Below, piece by piece: positions 8,222 through 17,600 of a DNA stretch of 64,000 nt. Each line of letters begins with the position of its first letter. Within the stretch, counting starts at the first letter, position 1. The DNA is from a virus: positions 31,400-95,399 of IMG/VR virus record IMGVR_UViG_3300021368_000003, one strand, 5' to 3'. Made by a program: the position numbers and the translations under genes. The notes below the pieces were generated by a model. It had not been told where the DNA came from. It did no database searches and saw only the letters and a program-made list of their open reading frames with translations.

Positions 8222-8677
8222 CTATTTATCTTGTTGTTGTTTTAGGAACTTAGCAAGATCTGCTGTACTCCCAACAAACATTGTATTGTTAGTTGTATTA
8301 ACTTCCTTTCCTTTCTTAGGTGCTTCAATATCAGCAACCTTCTTTTGAAGATCAACTAATTTGTCAGCAACATCTCCCACATGCTTGATCAACTGACCAG
8401 CAACCTCAAAGGCACGAGGTTGATCAGACTCCTGTGCAAGTTCCAGGATTCCATCAACTGCTTCTTGTCCTTTCTCAATCAATGAATACAAATTCCCACG
8501 AGTATATTCATAATCCTTCTTCAACTGTTCTTTGGTTGATGTGGATATTTCTTCGATTTTCTTTTCAGGTGGGAGTGGTTTGCTAGCAGGAGCAATCGAT
8601 GTTTCTATATCAAGTGCATCCTCTATGCCATCAAACTTACTCGTCTTGTCCTGTTGTGGGGTTCCGTGAGAGTCCAT
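8222..8677 (-). CDS. gp16: terminase small subunit gp16
   Basis: KDYEYTRGNLYSLIEKGQEAVDGILELAQESDQPRAFEVAGQLIK..NNTMFVGSTADL; follows gp15. Exact start uncertain. Confidence 0.93.
   Translation of the reverse strand: MDSHGTPQQDKTSKFDGIEDALDIETSIAPASKPLPPEKKIEEISTSTKEQLKKDYEYTRGNLYSLIEKGQEAVDGILELAQESDQPRAFEVAGQLIKHVGDVADKLVDLQKKVADIEAPKKGKEVNTTNNTMFVGSTADLAKFLKQQQDK
8223..8229 (-). promoter_or_regulatory. T4-type late promoter ATAAATA
   Basis: Overlaps the gp16 stop codon, upstream of 7914..8195. Confidence 0.65.
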
Positions 8678-9677
8678 CTGTCCATTCCGATTTAATTTCA
8701 TTGAATCCAAAGTCATCATCAGCATCTACCAGAGCATGGTCAACTTGATCAATCTTAAAGATGTTTGATCCGTTAACGTGTGCTGCTTCGGTAGTAGCGT
8801 TCCAAGCACGAGTGACATAAAGTTTAGTACCACTCTTCTTGGTAATACGCATAACCTCATTGTCGATTTGGATGTTAGTCTTAGCAGTAAAGCCAGACGC
8901 ATCTGCTACGTGAATGATGCCATCATTATCATCACATGCTTGTGACAGTTGTGATGTTGCTGCACCATCTCTTTGAATGAGAGATGCTGGTGTAGCCTGA
9001 TAACGTACTTCTCTCGGTGCAGTGGGTACTGCATCGGTAGCATAATCGACGATTGCTTTTGTGATGAGTTCTCCACTCTTGTCTTCCAGAGGACCGTAGA
9101 TGTAGGTCTTCGCAACAAATTGCAGAGTGTAGATCAAAGTACGACGTGTGTCGTAGTCACCTTCATATTGATCATCGTAATCAATACTTTGAAGAGTGAC
9201 AGGATAGTCTCTTTTCTCACCCAGTTCAGGGACCAAGTTCATGGTCATGTTGAAACTAGGTTGGAAGAAAGGTAGAATCTGTTCCAGGATTTGTAGAGAA
9301 TCATCCTGATTCTTAGCAAGAATTGCTAGTTCAAAATTGATGTTATATGGAACAGGCATGAATGCCTTGTTCTCTTTTGTACCAGACGTATGTCTGATAT
9401 ACTGTGTGGGAGATACTTTCCTACTAGGATCGTAACTGATACCTTGAATCTCAAATGCAATTCTAGGTAGAGTAATCTGTACTTGATCTCTCGTGGAGAG
9501 GTCTCCTACTTGACGCAAACGTGCTAAGAACTTTGCCTTAGGACCATAAGCAAGAGGTACTTTCATGACCTCTGTCTTAGAACCAGAGGTTCTGCGAATC
9601 TCAATGTTATTGAAGAGTGTGCCGAAACCGACAACCGTCTTCTTGATGATTGAGTTATAGTTGTATGTACCTAACAT
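8637..9677 (-). CDS. gp15: tail sheath stabiliser/terminator gp15 with extra C-terminal domain
   Basis: FGTLFNNIEI, KVPLAYGP, TLPRIAFE, QILEQILPFFQP and RRTLIYTLQF motifs; synteny gp13-14-15-16. Confidence 0.96.
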   Translation of the reverse strand: MLGTYNYNSIIKKTVVGFGTLFNNIEIRRTSGSKTEVMKVPLAYGPKAKFLARLRQVGDLSTRDQVQITLPRIAFEIQGISYDPSRKVSPTQYIRHTSGTKENKAFMPVPYNINFELAILAKNQDDSLQILEQILPFFQPSFNMTMNLVPELGEKRDYPVTLQSIDYDDQYEGDYDTRRTLIYTLQFVAKTYIYGPLEDKSGELITKAIVDYATDAVPTAPREVRYQATPASLIQRDGAATSQLSQACDDNDGIIHVADASGFTAKTNIQIDNEVMRITKKSGTKLYVTRAWNATTEAAHVNGSNIFKIDQVDHALVDADDDFGFNEIKSEWTDGLSRNPTTGQDE

Positions 9678-10552
9678 TAGAGCGTTCCTCCACTGTTGCC
9701 ATATTCACCGAACGGATTGATTTCAGTAAAGTCAATGATATCGTCCGCCTGGGTCTCAATGGTCCAGTTATTATCAAATTCGTCGTTCACATTATTTAGG
9801 GTGTTGTAATTATATGTAGTCCACACAGCAGTGCTATCGTCTCCTGTGATGGTTTCGCCAACTCTGAATCCACCAGAACGGTTGATAACTTGCAGAGTTC
9901 TAGTAGCAGCATCCCAAGCCTTGACCTCAGCAGTAGTAGCAGATGTGCCACCAGTGACAGTCTCACCAGCAGTAAAGATACCACTACCACCTTCTGCCAT
10001 AACAATAGAGATTGCACTAGCAAAGTTAGTCTGGATAGCATCCACGGCAGCCACACCAGTGTCGATGTCCTCGTCGCTGTACTCGAACAGTTCACAACGT
10101 AGACCCCAGACATACTGGTGACCCAACTGATAGAAGGGTTGTTCGTGCTCTACATATTGAATCTCAAAGGTCTTGTTGACCATAGTGAAATGAATCAGAT
10201 CTCCTTCATTAGGACGACCTTCTACAATCAGAGTAGCATTGTCATCTACTGCTGCTGTAAAGCGTCTCCTTGAAATGATGAAGGTGACTTGATCTTGAAT
10301 TCTGACACCAAACTTTGAGAAAATATCACCGTCGCCCCTAAAACCACCAGCATCTTCAAGATAGACTTCCACTTCAAAGGCTCCCTCAAACTTTGAGAGG
10401 GTGTCTTCTCCGAACACAGAGTCTTCTTTGACGAGCGTTCTTGGGATGTAATAGACGTTCTTGCCGAACATCTTAATTTGCTCATCGACGAGATCTTGTA
10501 CGAGACCTTGCTCTCCCGTTGTACCTTGGGTGAAGAAACTGTTAAGTGCCAT
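9677..10552 (-). CDS. gp14: neck protein gp14
   Basis: EQIKMFGKNVYYIPR, FGED, SKFG, RPNEGDLI, PFYQLG, CELFEYSDE and DFTEINPFG motifs. Confidence 0.96.
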   Translation of the reverse strand: MALNSFFTQGTTGEQGLVQDLVDEQIKMFGKNVYYIPRTLVKEDSVFGEDTLSKFEGAFEVEVYLEDAGGFRGDGDIFSKFGVRIQDQVTFIISRRRFTAAVDDNATLIVEGRPNEGDLIHFTMVNKTFEIQYVEHEQPFYQLGHQYVWGLRCELFEYSDEDIDTGVAAVDAIQTNFASAISIVMAEGGSGIFTAGETVTGGTSATTAEVKAWDAATRTLQVINRSGGFRVGETITGDDSTAVWTTYNYNTLNNVNDEFDNNWTIETQADDIIDFTEINPFGEYGNSGGTL

Positions 10553-10553
10553 A

Positions 10554-11354
10554 TCATCCGATCATGTCTAGGGGTGGAGTTTCCCAAGTGGTACGCAGTT
10601 GCTCATCGAGAATCTTCAACTCTTCGACAGCATCGTTATAGATCATCTCTCCGTTGAGAGTGACACCACCTGGCATTTGGACATTCTGGAATTTGGTTAG
10701 GTTCTGTCCCCACTGCTTCTTAATCTTTGCAGTAGCATAATCCTTCAACCACATCTGATTATAGATCTCAGTCCAGGTTGTGGGATCAAGAGCACGCCAA
10801 CACTTGATAACAACAAACTGATCTTCCAGGGCATCCTGTGACCAGTCAAAGTCCAGATAAATCTTATCTTGTACAGCATTGTATCTAATTGGTTTCATAC
10901 CTTCCAGGATGAAATCAATAGTTTCTAGATGCTGTTGGATCATATAGTAATGATAGAACTGTGTAGACGTAAAGTCATACAGATCATTCAATCTCATCTG
11001 ATAACGAATGTCGAACATATTACGAGTGCCTTTATCAGTGAAGGAGAAGATACCTTCAATGGCAGTAATGTGTTCTGGCACTTGGAGGAAAGCATTACCC
11101 TCTTTCCAAGTAGTAGTCCCATCAGCAGACATAACAGTAGAATCTGATTTACCAGCATCAATCTCTGCTTGGGTAAATTGGTGTTTCAGATAAACACGTT
11201 CAGCACCTTCATAGTGAAACTGCTGGAACTTTTGGATAGAGTAATCGATGGCATCATCACATTGATCATCGGATACGTTTACCTCCAAGACTGGTTTACC
11301 CAGTCTACGGAGGCAGTATTCTTTTAGTTCTGCCTTAGAAGTTGGAATTGCCAT
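10554..11354 (-). CDS. gp13: neck protein gp13
   Basis: LKEYCLRRLGKPVLEVNV, WLKDYATAKIKKQWGQNLTKF and MPGGVTLNG motifs. Confidence 0.97.
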   Translation of the reverse strand: MAIPTSKAELKEYCLRRLGKPVLEVNVSDDQCDDAIDYSIQKFQQFHYEGAERVYLKHQFTQAEIDAGKSDSTVMSADGTTTWKEGNAFLQVPEHITAIEGIFSFTDKGTRNMFDIRYQMRLNDLYDFTSTQFYHYYMIQQHLETIDFILEGMKPIRYNAVQDKIYLDFDWSQDALEDQFVVIKCWRALDPTTWTEIYNQMWLKDYATAKIKKQWGQNLTKFQNVQMPGGVTLNGEMIYNDAVEELKILDEQLRTTWETPPLDMIG

Positions 11355-11360
11355 TGGTTA

Positions 11361-14300
11361 TCAGAGAGCGGCGACGCGGGTCTGGAAGTCGGAGAAGGAA
11401 GAAGAAGCAGCAACAACTGCTTTGAGATCTGCCAAAGACAGAGTTTCAGCTTGCAGAGCGGAGTCTGCTGTTGCACCCTGTGCAGCAGTTGCATAATCAG
11501 TAGATGCAGTTGCAGCAGCAGTACCCAGAGTAGGTTTGCCAGTCAGATCTGCATATGCACCAGAGAACAAGGTGGGCTTACCAGTCAAGTCTGCATAGGC
11601 ACCAGAGAAGAGCGTAGGCAGATTGGTAAGATCATCGTAATCATTGCTGGTAGCAACAGCACCCAGATCTCCTGGTTGAGTTGCACTATCAGCAAGAGCA
11701 CCCTGTGCAGCAGTTGCATAGTCAGCAGCAGCGGTAGTAGCAGCAGTACCCAAACCAAGAGTGGTACGAGCAGCAGCAGCGTCTGCATCATCAATCAGGG
11801 TTCCACCGAAGGTGCTGACAGCAGATGCGTCAAGTTTTCCAGTGATACCAGCGACAACACGAGCATCAGCGCGTGCGTCTGTGTAGTAAAGGTTGCTACC
11901 TTCTGCCAGGTCACCAGTGTCCTGATTAGTCAGATCAAGGTTTGCACCAGTTGCAGCAGCAACTCTTGCATCAGCACGAGTGTCGGTGTAATAGAGGTTA
12001 GTAGAACCTTCTGTCAGAGCATCAGTATCCTTGCTGCTGAGGTCAAGATTTGCACCAACTTGGAGTGCAATGCGAGCATCGGCACGAGCGTTGGTGTAGT
12101 AGAGGTTACTACCCTCAGTGATGTTGCTAGTATCAAACTCACCAAAGTCAGCTGACAGGGTAAGCAGGTTACCTGCATCGTTGTAAGTAGCAGAGATACC
12201 AGTACCACCAGAGATCAGAGCAGCAACGCGATCGTCAACTCTTTCATTGGTGTAGTAAAGGTTAGTGCCCTCAGAAAGGTCACCAGTGTCCTTCTGGGAG
12301 AGATCAAGGTTTGCACCAGTCTGCAAGTTGACACGAGCGTCAGCGCGAGTATTGGTGTAGTAAACATTGGTCGAACCTTCACTGAGATCATCAGTAGTAG
12401 CAGCGGCAATACGTGCATCGGCAAGTGTATTTACCTCAGCATCAGTGCGCTCCGTAAAGGAGAAGACACCAGTAGAAGCATTGTAACCGAGGTCGCCAGT
12501 AACACTGAATGCACCGCGAGCGCGGGCGTCAGTAAAGAAGATATTGGTTGATCCTTCTGTGATGTTATCAGTATCGATATCGCTCTGAGTGACAGAAAGA
12601 GTGCCACTGCCATCATGCTGGATACCAGTTCCATAAGTAAAAGCATTTCTCGTCCTCGCCTGAGTAAAGAATCTATTGCTGGAACCCTCAGTCAGATCGT
12701 CAGTGTTGATCTCACCAAAGTCAACAGCAAGAGACAGCAGGTTATTGGCATCATCATACGTTGCCGAAATACCTGTGCCGCCATCAACCAGTGCAGCAAC
12801 ACGATCATCAACTCTTTCGTTAGTGAAGTAGAGGTTGGTAGTTCCTTCTGCCAGAGCATCAGTATCGTGGTTCGCAATAGAACCCACCTGTGCCACGAAG
12901 TAAGTCAAGGCACCAGTAACAGTCAAGTTACCTTGGACTTCAAAGTCAGTGGTAGAACGGAAGTTAGCAACAGTCAGTCTGTTCTCGTAAGGATTGTAAG
13001 TGAGGTTGGTAGAGTCAACTCTCATCTCACTGTATCCAGTAACAGCAGAGACGAATGTAGGATAGAAGGTAGCGTCGGTAGTTGTGGTATCAGTGATGTC
13101 TGCAAGATCAGACTTATCAGCAGTACCAGTCAGGTCACCAGTAATGTTACCAGTGATTTGTCCTGTAACACCCAGTGTGCCACCGATAGTTGTGTTAGAG
13201 GTTACATCCAGAGTATTGGTAGTCGTCAGACCAGCAGCGGTAATGTTACCAGTTGTGGACTGCATGGTGATCTTGTCAGTACCTGAACCATTTTGCAGGA
13301 TCAGAGTCTTAGAAGCACCACGGAGAACAACGTTGTCCTTGAAGAGAGACGTGCTGTTCTGAGTAATAGTATTATTAAATGTAGCAGCACCATCAACGTT
13401 CAGAGTGCTATCAAGATCAGTTGCACCAGTTACATTGAAGGTGTCATCAATTACAGTTGCACCACCAACATTCAGTGTACCTGCCATGTTGAGGTTACCA
13501 CCAGTCGGGTTGACGGTGAATACAGAAGTACCAACATTGAGAATACCACCAACAGTGATATTACCAGTGGAGGTTGCGCTGCCCAGGTCAAGAGTGGTAA
13601 GCGTTGTGTTGCCAGTGACGTTCAGAGTACCATCAGTGCTAGCGTTACCAGTTGCACCAAGAACAGTGAACTTAGTAGCGTTGTTAGGACCGATGAACAA
13701 ATCAGATCCGATGTACACATCTTCGTCAACGGTCATACCACCTGCGGTGACCATCAACGCAGCGTTGTCAGAGAGGTTAGATGGGTTTTCGTTCTTAGAG
13801 AAGTCAACACGACCACGGAATTCCTGGTTACCTTTCTGGACGACGTTACCATCTACCTCAAAGTCACCATAGACCTTAAAGTCTTCTGCAACTGCCAGGT
13901 CCTTAGCGATAGTTGCACCACCTGCAATCTGCAAAGCACCAGAGGCAGAGAAGTTATTGCCAGTAGATGCGTTAGTAGTATCAGTAAGAGTTGTAATACC
14001 ATCAATGTTGACCGTGCTATCAAAGTCAGCACCCTGTACAACGTTCAGAGTGTTGCTGAGAGTGGTAGCAGAAGTAACACCAAGGGTTCCAACAATGCTG
14101 GTGTTGCCATTATCAGTATCAACGGTGAACTTAGCAGTGCCAGTTCCATCTTGGATAGAAAGTTCTCTACCAGCAACATTGATTGTCAGACCATCAGTCA
14201 AAGTAGTCAGACCATCAACATCGAGAGTGCCATTGACAGTCAGATTGTCGTCAATGATAGTCTCAGAAGTGGCAGAATCAAGAGTAAGGTTACCAGCAAC

Positions 14301-14585
14301 AGTGCTGATCTCAGAGTTACCGTCAACAGCAAGTTTCAGGTTGTTAGCAGTAATATCATCAGACGTGATTGGAGCAGTGAAGGTAGAAGTTGCTCTAACA
14401 GTCAAACTGTCAGTGGAACTGGAACCAAGAGTTGCGTTATCAGAAACAGTCAGGTCATCACTAACGCCCAGGTCACCAGTGACTTGAACATTATTGATAG
14501 AAGAATCAAGTACCAGAGATCCACCATCTGCAATAATACTTCTATTACTAATAGAGATATTATCGATAGTGGCAGTACCGTTCAT
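11361..14585 (-). CDS. C-terminal part of a long tail-fibre-like structural protein (frameshifted continuation of 14666..19297)
   Basis: Same G-x-L-x-V beta repeats as the upstream ORF; frame is open back to ~14695; TDDLxEGSTNLYYT repeats. Confidence 0.85.
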   Translation of the reverse strand: MNGTATIDNISISNRSIIADGGSLVLDSSINNVQVTGDLGVSDDLTVSDNATLGSSSTDSLTVRATSTFTAPITSDDITANNLKLAVDGNSEISTVAGNLTLDSATSETIIDDNLTVNGTLDVDGLTTLTDGLTINVAGRELSIQDGTGTAKFTVDTDNGNTSIVGTLGVTSATTLSNTLNVVQGADFDSTVNIDGITTLTDTTNASTGNNFSASGALQIAGGATIAKDLAVAEDFKVYGDFEVDGNVVQKGNQEFRGRVDFSKNENPSNLSDNAALMVTAGGMTVDEDVYIGSDLFIGPNNATKFTVLGATGNASTDGTLNVTGNTTLTTLDLGSATSTGNITVGGILNVGTSVFTVNPTGGNLNMAGTLNVGGATVIDDTFNVTGATDLDSTLNVDGAATFNNTITQNSTSLFKDNVVLRGASKTLILQNGSGTDKITMQSTTGNITAAGLTTTNTLDVTSNTTIGGTLGVTGQITGNITGDLTGTADKSDLADITDTTTTDATFYPTFVSAVTGYSEMRVDSTNLTYNPYENRLTVANFRSTTDFEVQGNLTVTGALTYFVAQVGSIANHDTDALAEGTTNLYFTNERVDDRVAALVDGGTGISATYDDANNLLSLAVDFGEINTDDLTEGSSNRFFTQARTRNAFTYGTGIQHDGSGTLSVTQSDIDTDNITEGSTNIFFTDARARGAFSVTGDLGYNASTGVFSFTERTDAEVNTLADARIAAATTDDLSEGSTNVYYTNTRADARVNLQTGANLDLSQKDTGDLSEGTNLYYTNERVDDRVAALISGGTGISATYNDAGNLLTLSADFGEFDTSNITEGSNLYYTNARADARIALQVGANLDLSSKDTDALTEGSTNLYYTDTRADARVAAATGANLDLTNQDTGDLAEGSNLYYTDARADARVVAGITGKLDASAVSTFGGTLIDDADAAAARTTLGLGTAATTAAADYATAAQGALADSATQPGDLGAVATSNDYDDLTNLPTLFSGAYADLTGKPTLFSGAYADLTGKPTLGTAAATASTDYATAAQGATADSALQAETLSLADLKAVVAASSSFSDFQTRVAAL
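11870..12870 (-). repeat. about 10 imperfect T-D-x-L-x-E-G-x-x-N-(L/I/V)-(Y/F)-(Y/F)-T-x-x-R protein repeats
   Basis: Visible in translation, e.g. TDALAEGTTNLYFTNER, TDDLSEGSTNVYYTNTR, TGDLAEGSNLYYTDAR. Confidence 0.85.
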
Positions 14586-14665
14586 GTCAACGGCATTCGG
14601 GAATGTAACCGTACCGTTGATAGTATGAGCATCAGTTGAGGCATTACCAAGAGTGACATTACCGT

Positions 14666-17600
14666 CTACATCCAGAGTTCCATCAATCTGAGCATTCCAT
14701 CTACATTCAGGTTGCCATCCACATCAGCATCATCAGTGATGTTAACAGTACCACCAGCAGAGTCGAGGACGAGGTTGCCAGTAGTGGTGCTGATTTCGTT
14801 AGATGCATCTACACCAATCTGAACTGCATCAGCAGTGATGTCTGTTGATGTGATTGCAGCATTGAATGTGGATGTAGCATTGACTGTCAGAGCATCAGCA
14901 GCGTTATCACCAAGAGTGGTGCTACCGTCAACTTCCAGTGCTTGCTTAATTTCAAGACTGTCATCAATAATAGTTTGACCAGTGGCGGAATCCAGAATCA
15001 GATTACCTTGTGTGGTATCAATCTCATTAGCACCAGATACACCGATCTGAATGTTGTCAGCGGTGATATCAACCGAGGTAATCGCTGCCGTGAAAGTTGA
15101 CGTTGCGTTCACAGTTAACGTATCACTGGAAGCATCACCCAGAGTTGTGTTACCATCCACCGTGAGGTTGAGATCAATCTCAGCACTGTCTGTGATACTT
15201 ACATATCCTGCCGCAGAATCAAGGATTAGCGGTCCTTCTGTGGTTGAGATTTCCGATACACCGTCAACGCCGATCTTAATGGCGTCTGCCGTGATGTCGG
15301 TGGAAGTAATCGCTTGGTTGAATGTGACAGTACCCGTGACGCTGTGAGCATCCCCAGCAGCATTACCGATAGTCGTGTTGCCATCAACTGTGAGCGTTCC
15401 ATCAATCTGTGTATTGCCATCAACATTGAGGTTACCGTCTACGTCAGCATTATCTGTGATGTTGACAGTACCGCCTGTTGAATCCAGGATTAAGTTACCA
15501 GCAAGAGTGCCGATTTCATTTGCAGCATCAGTACCGATTTTCAGGTTACGAATGTTTGCTCTCTCGCCAACAGTCAGTGCCTGGTTGAACTGAACAGTAC
15601 CAGTAACTGTGTGAGAGTCGGAAGCAGCATTACCAAGAGTGACGTTACCGTCAACTTGGAGAGTTCCTTCTGCATAGGTATTACCAGACGAAGCGGCAAC
15701 AGTAAACTTACCGCTGTTGATATCAAAGTTATTGGTTACGTCGAGGGTTCCAGTAATGTCAACATTACCACCGAAGGAACCAGCATCGCCTACAACCAGG
15801 TCGTCTCCAACATAGAGATCGATACCAATACCAGCGCCACCACCAACGATCAGTGCGCCAGTGCCAGCATTAGTTGCGTTTGTGCTATCAAAGAGTTTGA
15901 TGCTACCAGCATCAATACCAGATCTCGTACCATTGAATGCCTCAGCAGAGTTGGTTGCATTGTGGAAGAAAGCATAACGAGATGCAGTAGAATCCCAACC
16001 AAAGAAACCAAGTCTTGCTTGTGAATCGTAATATCTAAACTCAACACCACGGTCCTTAGCGTCAGCACTGGAAGGGGCAGTGTCGCCACCCAGAGTAATG
16101 ACAGGATCGTCCAGCGTAGTAACAGTAGAGTTCACCGTTGACGTAGTGCCGTTGACAGTGAGGTTTCCCTCAATGATGGCATTACCGTCTACGTCAAAGT
16201 TACCATTAACAGTAACGTTATCAGTGAATGTAGATACACTGTTAACAGTAAGAGTATCGGTGTTTGCATTACCGATAGTTACGTTGTCAGTAAAACTAGA
16301 AGGATTATTAAAGGTGCTAGCACCATGAACAGTCAAAGTACCAGTTCCCTGACCAGTTCTACCAATTACAGTATTACCGTTATCAAAGTCAACAGAGAAC
16401 TGAGTTACAGAAGAACCGTTGTTGATATTAAAGACTTCATTATCGCTCTCAATAATCAGAGAGTCATAGATAGTTGTCTGACCATCGACAACCAAAGTGC
16501 TATTGAAGTCAACAGCACCGTCAACATTAAGACTACTGTCAAAGTCAACAGACTGATTGACTGTAAGGTTATCTGTGAGAGTAGTATCAGAGTTAATAGT
16601 GAGGGTATCACTAGCAGCGTTACCCAGAGTAATGTTTCCATCGACTTGTAATGAAGATTCAAGGACGACTGCGCCGCCTACGTCAAGAGTACCACGGATG
16701 TCCGTAGAACCAGTGGTGGATTGGACAGTAAATTTATCAGCACTACCATTGGTAATCTTGAAGATCTTACCAGTGGTGTCCAGAGTAATGTCGTTATGGA
16801 AGACAGCATCGTCATCCACATCAAGGGTGCTATTAAGGGTGACAGCACCATCAACATCCAGAGTGGTGTTAAAGTCAACAGCACCGTGAACAGTCAGTGT
16901 GCCAGTTCCAGCATTGTTAAGACCAATAACAGTATTACCATTATCAGAGTCAACAGTGAATCTATTGATGCTGCTACCGTCTCTGACTCTGAATGCATGG
17001 TTAGCACCAAAGACCAGCAGGTTGCCGTCAATAGAGGTGTCGTGACCAACGTCAAGAGACCAACCAATAGTGGTAGCACCTAAGACAGAATCGACAGTGA
17101 ACTTATCCGTTCCATATTGGTTTTGGATCTTGAAGTCATATCCATTAGCACCACCAATGCTACCGTCATCTCTCAGAATGAAGTTCTTATTAACTAGAAC
17201 GTCATTATTGAATGTAGTTGTACCATCAACGTTGAGGTTTTCTGAGATGCCAACACCACCAGTGACTACCAGGGTGCCAGTTGTGGAAGATGTGGATCCT
17301 GTGTTTGTTGTGAGCCTGAGGTTACCAGCAATGAGAGGAGCGTCAGTGCCAGCATAAACTTCATTCGTGTTGGTGGCATTGTAGAGGAAGCGATACCCGC
17401 CAGTGCCAGACCATATGTTGCTGTTTGCGTAATCTTCATCCCAACCAAAGAAACCAAATCTCTCTTGACTATCATAGTATCTGAACTCGATACCACGATC
17501 TTTATTGTCATCAAGTGTTAGAGTATCCTCACCTCCAAGAGTGATGATGGGATCTTGGATAGTCGTCGTGACACTGTTAACAGTAGTAGTTGTACCATCA

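Noticed and set aside
8637-8650. Possible ACG start for gp16 (ACG AGT AAG TTT) at the gp15 stop
   Set aside because: An in-frame ATG at 8677 is available; nothing favours a non-canonical start.
11520-12870. CRISPR-like or mobile nucleotide repeats
   Set aside because: The repeats are in-frame, degenerate at third codon positions and encode protein repeats; there are no identical direct repeats with spacers.
14690-14705. Programmed -1 ribosomal frameshift
   Set aside because: No slippery heptamer or evident downstream structure; kept only as an unexplained indel.
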